Source: Lachnospiraceae bacterium (GTDB lineage Bacteria; Bacillota; Clostridia; Lachnospirales; Lachnospiraceae). From it: 49,170 nucleotides of DNA. The DNA lies in assembly GCA_045541595.1 (NCBI GenBank), contig JAZQJL010000265.1, positions 1-49,170 on the forward strand, written 5' to 3'. The translations under genes and the position numbers were made by a program. Below the pieces are notes generated by a model, which searched no databases, had not been told where the DNA came from, and worked only from the letters and a program-made list of their open reading frames with translations. This document shows, piece by piece, positions 1 through 8,746 of the stretch; positions within the stretch are counted from its first letter, which is position 1; every line of letters starts with the position of its first letter.

Positions 1-1
1 A

Positions 2-1234
2 CCAAATAAAGAAATTGAAGTTGAGACAAACACCCTATCCACAAGAAAAAATCCGGTATTAAATCTGCCGATTATCCGTGGAGTGGTGGCATTTGTTGAT
101 TCACTGTCTCTTGGAATGAAAACATTATCTTTTTCTGCATCTTTTTATGAAGAAGAGGAAGAAGAATCTAAATTTGAAAAAAAATTAAATGAGATTACAA
201 AAGGTCACGCCGACGGAATTTTGAATGGCTTTACCATGGTGCTGGCAGTTTTACTGGCTGTGGGCATCTTCGTTGTGGTTCCGATGCTGCTGGCAGGCTT
301 CCTTGCCGCAAAAATTGAGAACGCAACGGTACTTGCCCTGTTAGAGGGTGTGTTCCGTCTGTTGATTTTCATCTTATATATTGTTTTGATTGCAAGAATG
401 AAAGACATTAAGCGCCTGTTCATGTATCATGGGGCAGAGCACAAGGCCATAAACTGTATCGAACACGGTCTTCCGCTGAATGTAAAAAATGTAAAAAAGC
501 AGAGCAGAGAGCATAAGCGTTGCGGTACCAGCTTTATGCTTACCGTTATGGTAATCAGTATTATTTTCTTCATCTTTATCCGGGTAGAAAATACGTTGCT
601 CCGTTTTGTTATCCGCTTGTTGCTGATTCCGGTAATTGCAGGCGTTTCCTATGAGTTTATCCGCCTGGCAGGCAGAAGCAACAATGTAATTATCAATATC
701 TTAAGCAGACCGGGTATGTGGTTGCAGGCATTAACCACAAGAGAGCCTGATGAATCCATGATTGAGGTTGCCATTGCTTCTGTGGAAGCAGTATTTGACT
801 GGCAGGAATTTATTGAGAAAGATACCAAAAAGAAGTCAAAGAAGCATGGTAAAAATAATAAAAAGTCTGCAGAACCGGCTCAGAAGAAGGCATCTAAGCC
901 TGTAGCGGAAGCGGCAGCAGCAGAAGAAACCGTAGCTACGGAAGAATTTGCCGCAACCAAAACAGAAGCACCGGCACAGGAAGCGCCTTTAGAAATCGAT
1001 ATTGCCCAGCTGTTTGACATCAAGCTTTCCGGCACATCCGATGCACCAAAGAAGGGAAAAGCACCTAAGAAAGATCCAATGCCTTCCGCTACCAGAGTAG
1101 TGGCAAACAATCTTTCCAAAGACGAAGATGATGACGATATCTTAAAGGCACTGGATATGTACTTTGAGTTTAAAGGACCAAAATCCGTAATGGAAATTTC
1201 CGATGAGGAAGTGGAAGAGGATACAGAAGAATGA
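2..1234 (+). CDS. DUF1385 (YqhQ-like) membrane protein, 5' end cut by the window edge, with a long charged C-terminal tail
   Basis: The frame is open from base 2 (PNKEIEVE...IIRGVVAFVDSL). It has the motif MYHGAEHKAINCIEHG and several TM helices typical of DUF1385, and it sits directly upstream of prmC as is usual in Firmicutes. Its stop overlaps the prmC start (ATGA at 1231-1234). Confidence 0.85.
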   Translation, partial: PNKEIEVETNTLSTRKNPVLNLPIIRGVVAFVDSLSLGMKTLSFSASFYEEEEEESKFEKKLNEITKGHADGILNGFTMVLAVLLAVGIFVVVPMLLAGFLAAKIENATVLALLEGVFRLLIFILYIVLIARMKDIKRLFMYHGAEHKAINCIEHGLPLNVKNVKKQSREHKRCGTSFMLTVMVISIIFFIFIRVENTLLRFVIRLLLIPVIAGVSYEFIRLAGRSNNVIINILSRPGMWLQALTTREPDESMIEVAIASVEAVFDWQEFIEKDTKKKSKKHGKNNKKSAEPAQKKASKPVAEAAAAEETVATEEFAATKTEAPAQEAPLEIDIAQLFDIKLSGTSDAPKKGKAPKKDPMPSATRVVANNLSKDEDDDDILKALDMYFEFKGPKSVMEISDEEVEEDTEE

Positions 1235-2064
1235 TCACCTGCAGAGAGGCCCTGGGGCAGGCCGTAAAGAGTTTGACGGCCGCGTCTGTTCCCGAGGCAG
1301 AGGTGGACGCCTGGTATTTGTTTGAACATGTAACCGGCATGAACCGGGCAGACTATTTCCTGAATGCAGAGGAACCAATGCGGGAGGAATGGCAGCAGGA
1401 GTTAACAAGACTTCTGCAACTGCGTTCTGAGAGAATTCCGCTTCAGTATATTACCGGCAGTCAGGAATTCATGGGATATTCCTTTCTGGTAAGTCCCGCC
1501 ACTTTGATTCCGAGACAGGATACGGAAGTTTTGGTGGAACAGGTAAGCCGCGTGGCAGAAGGAAAAAAAGTGCTTGATTTGTGTACCGGCACCGGCTGTA
1601 TTTTACTCAGCCTGGCAAAAATGTGCCGCTTAAGCAGAGCGGTAGGTACTGATATTTCGGCAGAGGCGGTGGAAACTGCAAAAAAAAATGCAGAGTGCCT
1701 GCAGGTTGGGGCAGAGTTTTTCTGCGGAGATTTATTTGAAGCAGTACCAAAAGACCGGTTTGATATTATCGTATCAAATCCGCCGTATATTCCTTCGGCA
1801 GTGATCGACACTTTGATGCCGGAGGTAAGAGAACATGAGCCAATGAGTGCCCTGGACGGGGATGTCGACGGTCTAAAGTTCTACCGGGAAATTTGTAAAA
1901 ATGCAAGTAAGTACCTGAACAGACAGGGACAGATTTTTTTTGAAATCGGCTGTGAACAGGCTGCAGATGTATCGGCGCTGTTAGAGGAGGCCGGCTTTGA
2001 AAATATCCGTGTCATTAAAGATCTGGCAGGACTTGACCGTGTGGTTTGCGCCACATATGTCTAA
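1231..2064 (+). CDS. prmC: peptide chain release factor N5-glutamine methyltransferase
   Basis: 277 aa with a SAM-binding LDLCTGTGC motif and the catalytic NPPY (IVSNPPYIP). It lies immediately upstream of prfA. Confidence 0.95.
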   Translation: MITCREALGQAVKSLTAASVPEAEVDAWYLFEHVTGMNRADYFLNAEEPMREEWQQELTRLLQLRSERIPLQYITGSQEFMGYSFLVSPATLIPRQDTEVLVEQVSRVAEGKKVLDLCTGTGCILLSLAKMCRLSRAVGTDISAEAVETAKKNAECLQVGAEFFCGDLFEAVPKDRFDIIVSNPPYIPSAVIDTLMPEVREHEPMSALDGDVDGLKFYREICKNASKYLNRQGQIFFEIGCEQAADVSALLEEAGFENIRVIKDLAGLDRVVCATYV

Positions 2065-2081
2065 ATAGAGAGGTAAAGGAA

Positions 2082-3158
2082 ATGTTTGATAAATTAGAGG
2101 ATTTATTAAGACGCTTTGAAGAAATCCAGAATGAGTTAAGCGAGCCAACCGTAGTCAGCGATCAGAACCGTTTCCGCAAGCTGATGAAGGAGCAGAACGA
2201 CCTAACTCCGATTGTGGAAGCTTATACCGAGTATAAGAAGGAAAAGCAGAATATCGAAGACAGTCTCATGATTTTGGATGAAGAAAGCGACGAAGAAATG
2301 AGAGAACTGGCAAAAGAAGAATTAAATGCCAGCAAAGAAAACGTAGAAGCCCTGGAGCAGAAATTAAAGATTTTATTGCTTCCAAAGGACCCTAACGATG
2401 ATAAGAACGTTATCGTAGAACTTCGTGCAGGTACCGGTGGTGATGAAGCTACATTATTTACTGCAGAAATTTACCGTATGTATTGCAAATACGCAGAATC
2501 CCAGCGTTGGAAGACCGAGCTGATTTCTGTCAGCGAAAACGGTATCGGCGGTTTTAAAGAAGCTATTTTCATGGTAAACGGTTCCGGCGCATATTCCAAG
2601 CTGAAATATGAGAGCGGTGCCCACCGTGTACAGAGAGTTCCTGTGACAGAGTCCCAGGGACGTATCCAGACTTCTGCCATCACCGTGGCAATTATGCCGG
2701 AAGCAGAAGAAGTAGATATCGAAATCAATCCAAATGACTGCCGTATTGACGTATTCCGTTCCTCCGGTAACGGTGGACAGTGCGTTAACACCACTGACTC
2801 CGCAGTTCGTCTGACCCATATCCCGACGGGTATCGTAATTTCCTGCCAGGATGAAAAGTCCCAGTTAAAGAACCGCGACAAGGCCTTTAAGGTACTTCGT
2901 TCCAAGCTGTATGAGCTGGAATTGGAAAAGGCTCACGATGCAGAAGCGGCAGCAAGAAAGAGCCAGGTAGGTTCCGGTGACCGTTCGGAGAAAATCCGTA
3001 CCTACAACTTCCCACAGGGCCGTGTAACCGACCATAGAATTAACTTAACCACTTACAATTTGGATGCGGTAATGAACGGTGATTTACAGAAGTTTATCGA
3101 TTCCTTAATTGCCGCCGACCAGGCAGCAAAACTGGCTGCCATGGCAGAAGAAAATTAG
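2082..3158 (+). CDS. prfA: peptide chain release factor 1
   Basis: Contains the GGQ motif ([24 protein letters not shown]) and the RF1 tripeptide region [12 protein letters not shown]. The start was moved to MFDKLEDLL because AGAGGTAAAGGA lies upstream; the ORF-track start at 2046 overlaps prmC. Confidence 0.97.
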   Translation: MFDKLEDLLRRFEEIQNELSEPTVVSDQNRFRKLMKEQNDLTPIVEAYTEYKKEKQNIEDSLMILDEESDEEMRELAKEELNASKENVEALEQKLKILLLPKDPNDDKNVIVELRAGTGGDEATLFTAEIYRMYCKYAESQRWKTELISVSENGIGGFKEAIFMVNGSGAYSKLKYESGAHRVQRVPVTESQGRIQTSAITVAIMPEAEEVDIEINPNDCRIDVFRSSGNGGQCVNTTDSAVRLTHIPTGIVISCQDEKSQLKNRDKAFKVLRSKLYELELEKAHDAEAAARKSQVGSGDRSEKIRTYNFPQGRVTDHRINLTTYNLDAVMNGDLQKFIDSLIAADQAAKLAAMAEEN

Positions 3159-3162
3159 TAGG

Positions 3163-3191
3163 AAAGAGTTCCGTACGCGGAACTCTTTTTT
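3163..3191 (+). terminator. intrinsic terminator after prfA
   Basis: aagagttccg / tacg loop / cggaactctt, followed by a T-run. Confidence 0.8.
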
Positions 3192-3194
3192 CAT

Positions 3195-3223
3195 TTGCTT
3201 AATACCCGGTCCTTTGCTATAAT
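3195..3223 (+). promoter_or_regulatory. sigma-A-type promoter upstream of the hybrid kinase gene
   Basis: TTGCTT, 17-nt spacer, TATAAT, about 40 nt upstream of the ATG at 3262. Confidence 0.55.
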
Positions 3224-3261
3224 TAATATAATTCAAAAGAAAAGTATGCAGGAGGGGTAAA

Positions 3262-6200
3262 ATGAAATCGCTAAATCGCACGCAACTGAAACTGATTGCA
3301 ATAGCCGCTATGGTATGTGATCATGTGGCATGGGGATTTGTGGAGTTTTGGACCCCGTTGGGTCAGATTCTTCATGTCATCGGCAGACTGACAATCCCGA
3401 TTATGTGCTTCTTTATTGCAGAGGGATTCAGAAAAACCTCCAGCGTCAAAGAATACATCAAAAGAATGTTATTGTTCAGCGTGGTGGCAATGCTGCCGTT
3501 CTACTTATTCTTTGGAGAAATGTATGAGTACAGGCAGAACATCATATTTGACTTACTGCTTGGCTTATTACTGTTAACCGTACTGGAACACAAAACATTC
3601 AAACGATGGCAGAAGGTGTTTTTGTCGGCCGGACTGTTTCTTGTTTCCGCTACTATCGGCGGTTGGATTATTATGCCGATGCTGTATATTCTGGTGTTTT
3701 ACTATGTACGGGATTTTAAGCGGCAGGCGGCATGGATTTGCGGTCTGACAATTGCATTGCAGGTATTTTTAATTGCGGCGGTGGAGTTAAACCGTATATT
3801 ACATTTTTCCAAATACGACTGGCCATGGTATGATAAATTGTATTTCCTCGGCTTTATGATACCGTTACTTTTCTTAAAGCGTTATAACGGTGAGAAGGGT
3901 AAAACATTCGGCGGCCGCTATTTCTTTTATCTGTTTTATCCGGCTCATTTTCTGGTGCTTGCCGGAATCCGGTGGCTCATGTCCGGAATTACCGTATACG
4001 ACATTTATGTGGGTCTCCATGTGCTGGCGTTACTGGTATGCATAGCTATATTCATCCGGGTTTTCTGGGCCCGTCCGTCCAGAGGCCAGGCAGGAACGGT
4101 GCTTTTAGTATTGTCCGGCTGCATCTATACCTTGGGATTCCTGTTGGAGATTACCTCCGGCAATGTGGGTGGCTTTTATGCAGCAACTGTCACACAATAT
4201 TTTGGTGAATGTCTGCTTATTATCGGATTTACCACTTTTGTAAGTGAAATGTGTCATAAAAAGGTACCGCAGTTTATTTATGCCCTGGAGTGGCTGATTA
4301 GTTTCTGCATTATGTGGCTGCTGTTTACCACCAGAGAAAACAAGTACTTTTATACATATATCGGAATGGATGAAAGCGGTCCTTTCCCGCGCCTGATACT
4401 GGAAAGAAACTGGGGCTTCGCATTTTTTGTAACCTATATGGTTTTGGCATGCGGTATTTGCCTGGCATTTTGTATTGTCGGAGGCATCAAGTCCACCGGC
4501 TTTGAAAGAAAACGTATGCTGTGCACGGCTGCGGCAATTGCCTGTCCGTGGCTTCCAAACCTAATCCGCGGAATGGGCCTGACCGGAGGCTATGAAATTC
4601 CGTGTCTTGGTATCATGGGAGCGGTAGTTTTAGTAGGACTGGCAATGCTCCGGTACGGTTATTTTGATTCGATTTCCCTGGCAGGTGAAAATGCATTGGG
4701 ACACGGCCAGGAAGGTATTATGGTAATCAATACCCATCATACCATTACCTATTTTAACAAGCGGATGGAAGAGGTGTTCGGTCAGCTTCAGCTAAAGCAG
4801 AATGTTTATCAAAACGAGACCTTAAAGGAAATTTTTGAAGGGAAGATTAAGCGGCTGGAAACGGACGGCAGAATATTTGAGCTGAGAGTAGAACCGTTAA
4901 AGGAAGGCGGTTATGTGCAGGGACATATGCTCTGGCTGTTAGATATTACAAATCATCATCAGGCGTTGCTAAAAATTGAACGGCAGAATGAGCAGCTGAT
5001 GGCGGCAAAGGAACAGGCAGAGGAAGCTAAAGCGGATGCGGATGCGGCCAATGCGGCAAAGCGAAAATTCCTTGCCCATATGTCACATGAAATCAGAACT
5101 CCAATCAATGCGGTTCTCGGCATGGACACCATGATTTTACGGGAGAGTAACGAACCTCACATTAAAGAATATGCGATGGACATAAAAAATGCCGGACAAA
5201 CGCTGCTTTCCCTGATTAACGATATTTTGGACTTCTCGAAAATTGAATCCGGAAAGCTGGATATCCTATTGGTGGAATATGATTTAAGCAGTCTGATTCA
5301 TGATATTTCCAACATGATAAAGGCAAAGGCAGCTGCCAAAAAACTGGAATTAAACATATATGTGGATGAAATGCTTCCGTCCAAGTTGTTGGGAGATGAT
5401 GTCCGCATCCGTCAGGTGCTGGTGAACCTGCTGAACAATGCCGTAAAGTATACCCGGGAAGGCAGCATAACGTTAAAAGTTACCGGACAAACGGAAGGAG
5501 ACAAAGTAACCTTTACCTATTGTGTAGAGGATACGGGAATTGGTATTAAAGAGGAAGACCGGGAGAAGCTGTTCCGGGAATTTGAACGAATTGAAGAAAA
5601 ACGAAACCGAAACATCGAAGGAACCGGGCTGGGTCTTAGCATTACTACCCAATTGCTGCATCTGATGGGTAGCCGGCTGCAGGTGGAAAGTGTCTACGGA
5701 AAAGGCTCCAAGTTCTATTTTACACTGGAACAGCAGGTGGTTTGCTCCACTCCGGTAGGGAACTTAGAAGAACGGTTAAAAAAGATGACCACGGAGTACA
5801 ATTATGAAGCGGCTTTTACAGCTCCGAAAGCAGAAGTGCTGGTGGTGGATGATAATGCTACCAATCATAAGGTTTTTGCCAGTCTTTTAAAGTTTACTGA
5901 AATCAATGTGGATGTGGCGGAAAGCGGCCGGATGTGCCTTGATATGATAGAAAAGAAGCATTATGACCTGATTTTCCTGGATCATATGATGCCGGTGATG
6001 GATGGTATCGAAACCTTACATCGGATGAAACAGATAGAGGACGGATGGTGCAAAGATACGCCGGTGATTGCGTTAACGGCAAATGCGATTACAGGGGCCA
6101 GGGAAATGTATTTGGCAGAGGGCTTTGACGATTTCCTTTCAAAACCAATTAATCCGGAAAAGCTGGAGCAGATGATTCTGCGCCTGTTGCCGGAAGAACT

Positions 6201-6885
6201 GCTGCAATTTGGTGAGAAACAAACGAAAGCAGAAACGCATACACCGGTTGCAAACAGGCAGGAGAGAAAGGAAACAGAGGAGCTTCCCGTTATCGACGGA
6301 ATTGACTGGGAGTATGGGCGGATGCATCTGCCGGACAAGCAATTGCTTCTGGATACGGTGGAGAGCTTCTATAAGACCGTGGAAGCAGAGGCAGCAACTC
6401 TCCAACGGTTTTACGAGGAAAGAAACAATCCGGAGATGCTGCGGCAATATTGCATTAAAGTACATGCCATGAAGAGCTCCGCCAATTTAATCGGTGCCAT
6501 AGTGCCGGGCGGAATGGCAAAACTGCTTGAAAATGCATCCCGGAACGGACAAGTGGAACGAGTAGAAGAACTGCATGAGATTTTCCTGGAAGAATGGAAA
6601 TCGTATAAGGAAAAGCTCCGGGAAGTCCTACCTGAGGAATTAAAGCAGGAGAAGCAGGAATATGAAGATGCTTCTGCAGCTGCGGATTCTCTGATGAGGC
6701 TTCGGGAAGCTCTGGAGGATCTTGATATTGATGAAATGGATAAGATTATGGAGCAGATGGAACAGTTTTCTTATCCGGAAGAAATGCAGCAGCTGATGGA
6801 ACAATTGTCGGTACATATCACCAATTTAGACAGTGTGCAGGGGGAAGAAACCATTGCATCATTGCTTAAGATGATATCGAAATAG
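3262..6885 (+). CDS. hybrid sensor histidine kinase: TraX-like membrane domain + 7TM sensor region + PAS + HisKA + HATPase_c + receiver + Hpt
   Basis: 1207 aa. The N-terminus LKLIAIAAMVCDHVAWGF resembles the TraX family. It is followed by further TM helices (YTLGFLLEITSG... HisKA_7TM-like). The H-box is LAHMSHEIRTPINAV (His codon 5086-5088), with N/G boxes LLNNAVKYT and GTGLGLSI. The receiver is VLVVDDNATNH...DLIFLDHMMPVMDG, and the Hpt motif is HAMKSSANLIGA. Confidence 0.9.
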   Translation: MKSLNRTQLKLIAIAAMVCDHVAWGFVEFWTPLGQILHVIGRLTIPIMCFFIAEGFRKTSSVKEYIKRMLLFSVVAMLPFYLFFGEMYEYRQNIIFDLLLGLLLLTVLEHKTFKRWQKVFLSAGLFLVSATIGGWIIMPMLYILVFYYVRDFKRQAAWICGLTIALQVFLIAAVELNRILHFSKYDWPWYDKLYFLGFMIPLLFLKRYNGEKGKTFGGRYFFYLFYPAHFLVLAGIRWLMSGITVYDIYVGLHVLALLVCIAIFIRVFWARPSRGQAGTVLLVLSGCIYTLGFLLEITSGNVGGFYAATVTQYFGECLLIIGFTTFVSEMCHKKVPQFIYALEWLISFCIMWLLFTTRENKYFYTYIGMDESGPFPRLILERNWGFAFFVTYMVLACGICLAFCIVGGIKSTGFERKRMLCTAAAIACPWLPNLIRGMGLTGGYEIPCLGIMGAVVLVGLAMLRYGYFDSISLAGENALGHGQEGIMVINTHHTITYFNKRMEEVFGQLQLKQNVYQNETLKEIFEGKIKRLETDGRIFELRVEPLKEGGYVQGHMLWLLDITNHHQALLKIERQNEQLMAAKEQAEEAKADADAANAAKRKFLAHMSHEIRTPINAVLGMDTMILRESNEPHIKEYAMDIKNAGQTLLSLINDILDFSKIESGKLDILLVEYDLSSLIHDISNMIKAKAAAKKLELNIYVDEMLPSKLLGDDVRIRQVLVNLLNNAVKYTREGSITLKVTGQTEGDKVTFTYCVEDTGIGIKEEDREKLFREFERIEEKRNRNIEGTGLGLSITTQLLHLMGSRLQVESVYGKGSKFYFTLEQQVVCSTPVGNLEERLKKMTTEYNYEAAFTAPKAEVLVVDDNATNHKVFASLLKFTEINVDVAESGRMCLDMIEKKHYDLIFLDHMMPVMDGIETLHRMKQIEDGWCKDTPVIALTANAITGAREMYLAEGFDDFLSKPINPEKLEQMILRLLPEELLQFGEKQTKAETHTPVANRQERKETEELPVIDGIDWEYGRMHLPDKQLLLDTVESFYKTVEAEAATLQRFYEERNNPEMLRQYCIKVHAMKSSANLIGAIVPGGMAKLLENASRNGQVERVEELHEIFLEEWKSYKEKLREVLPEELKQEKQEYEDASAAADSLMRLREALEDLDIDEMDKIMEQMEQFSYPEEMQQLMEQLSVHITNLDSVQGEETIASLLKMISK

Positions 6886-6901
6886 AATGGAGGAAAAGCA
6901 G

Positions 6902-7669
6902 ATGAAAAAGGTACTTATAATCGGAGAACTGAATATGACAGTCAGTAGTGTGAACCAGTATCTGTCTACCCGGTTCCAAACGCAGATATGTCCCCTGTCC
7001 TATGATATCACCAAGGGAATGGAAAAAGTGTTTAAGGCGGATTTGGTTGTAATCTGCCTTGTGGGCAGTGAAAAAATGGACGAAAGAATCCTATCGTTTT
7101 TTGGCGAGCGGAAGCAGCCGATGCTGATTCTCGGAACCAAAGAAGAATGCGAGACATACCGCTCTTATGCCGAGAAGTATTCCTGTGAGTTTGCAGTACG
7201 TCCGGTAACCTTGCAGACCATACTGAAAAAATGCATGATGTTATTAAAATTGGCAGTGGAGGAAGAACCGGCAGAGTGCAAAAAAGAAGAAGGAAGAGAG
7301 CGTAAGATAATCCTGGCGGTAGATGACAGCGGAATTCTTTTACGCAGTGTCAAGAAGATGCTGGAACCAAACTACGATGTGGTAGTGGCAACCTCGGGAG
7401 AAAAAGCGCTCAGTCAGGCCATAAAGACCCGGCCGGACCTGATTCTTTTAGACTACGAAATGCCCGGATGGGATGGCAAAAAAACGCTGGAAGAAATACG
7501 CGCCAATGAGGAAATCAAAGAGATTCCCGTATTATTTTTAACGGCAGTGGCGGACAAAGCCCACATCACTGCCGTATTGGGATTGAATCCGAGCGGTTAT
7601 CTGCTAAAACCGATTGAACAAGTCAGATTGTTAGAAACCGTGGATGCGGTATTGGCGGGAGAAGTATAA
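6902..7669 (+). CDS. response regulator with an N-terminal pseudo-receiver, a C-terminal receiver and no output domain
   Basis: The C-terminal half is ILAVDDSGILL...DLILLDYEMPGWDG...LLKP. The N-terminal half is receiver-like but has DLVVICLVG where the phospho-Asp is expected. The start was chosen at MKKVLIIG, which has GGAGG 8 nt upstream. Confidence 0.85.
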   Translation: MKKVLIIGELNMTVSSVNQYLSTRFQTQICPLSYDITKGMEKVFKADLVVICLVGSEKMDERILSFFGERKQPMLILGTKEECETYRSYAEKYSCEFAVRPVTLQTILKKCMMLLKLAVEEEPAECKKEEGRERKIILAVDDSGILLRSVKKMLEPNYDVVVATSGEKALSQAIKTRPDLILLDYEMPGWDGKKTLEEIRANEEIKEIPVLFLTAVADKAHITAVLGLNPSGYLLKPIEQVRLLETVDAVLAGEV

Positions 7670-7673
7670 TACG

Positions 7674-8531
7674 CTACACCGGAAATACGCTGTGCCTGTT
7701 ATAACTGTCCCGGTATTCACTCGGAGAAAGTCCGGTGACTTTGCGAAAGGCATTGGAAAAATTGTGGGCGTCACTAAAGCCCAGGCGGAAGGCAATTTGG
7801 GAGACCGGTTCCATGGTTTCGCTTAAGTCGGCCTTTGCCCGCTCCATCTTGATTTGCAAAATATATTGTTTTAACGAAATACCTGCCCGCTGCTTAAAAA
7901 AGGTGGTCAGGTATTTTTCGTTGTAGCCGAAATAATTTGCCACCTGGGACACTTTGAGGTTTTCCGTCAGGTGCCAGAAAACGTAGTCACAAATGTCCTG
8001 GTATAACTGCTCTTTAATAATTTTATTTCCGTAGGCAGGATAAATCTGGCCCTGCAAGGCAATTTCCGAAAGAATGGTACTGCAAAGATAACGGTTTAGC
8101 GTGAACTCACGGTAACGGCGGTCGGAATCCTGCAGCTGCTTCATCAGAATGATAATGCGGTCAGGGGAACTGAGCTTTCCCTGCTCCGGTAAAAGAAGCT
8201 GCCCGGGAACGTAAGATAAATCGGTATCGGATGGCAACAACTCGTGGTTGTTTTGCTCTTTGTTGTAACCGAAATGCATCCAGTAAAAGACGCAGTGTGA
8301 GGGCTTGGTGCCGTGTTCAAATTCGTTGGGGGGCATTAACAGATACTCGCCGGGAGTAACGGTATATTCTCTGGTGGAAGTTCCGATGTGAAGGATACCG
8401 TCTACAACGACAAATAATTCGTAGTCGGAAAGATTTCTGGTAAGGTGAATCCAGTTTTCATCTGCAGATACAAATGTTCCGCACCAATGATAAATGAATT
8501 CTTTTTCAGCGTCAAAGCGGATAAAGTCCAT
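7674..8531 (-). CDS. AraC family transcriptional regulator (cupin sensor domain + HTH)
   Basis: The C-terminus is ...IAFRLGFSDAHNFSNAFRKVTGLSPSEYR, a typical AraC HTH. The N-terminal half is cupin-like. RBS AAGGAGG. Confidence 0.92.
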   Translation of the reverse strand: MDFIRFDAEKEFIYHWCGTFVSADENWIHLTRNLSDYELFVVVDGILHIGTSTREYTVTPGEYLLMPPNEFEHGTKPSHCVFYWMHFGYNKEQNNHELLPSDTDLSYVPGQLLLPEQGKLSSPDRIIILMKQLQDSDRRYREFTLNRYLCSTILSEIALQGQIYPAYGNKIIKEQLYQDICDYVFWHLTENLKVSQVANYFGYNEKYLTTFFKQRAGISLKQYILQIKMERAKADLSETMEPVSQIAFRLGFSDAHNFSNAFRKVTGLSPSEYRDSYNRHSVFPV

Positions 8532-8746
8532 GTGGCACCTCCTTTTCTAAAATAATTATACAACGTTTTTACACCAGACGCAACTCTTAACGGAATCTTA
8601 ACGGGTATACGAAAAAATAGTACATTTTTGTTAACTAATTTGTTCGTAAAGACAGAATTGCCTTGCGAAATAAGAGATAACGTAATATAATAAGGTTATA
8701 CGTGGCTAACCAAAGAAGCAAAAGAGATGGTTGAAAAGAGGATTCT

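Noticed and set aside
2046-2081. A longer prfA start overlapping the end of prmC.
   Set aside because: MFDKLEDLL is the typical RF1 N-terminus and is preceded by a good RBS. The upstream ATG has none.
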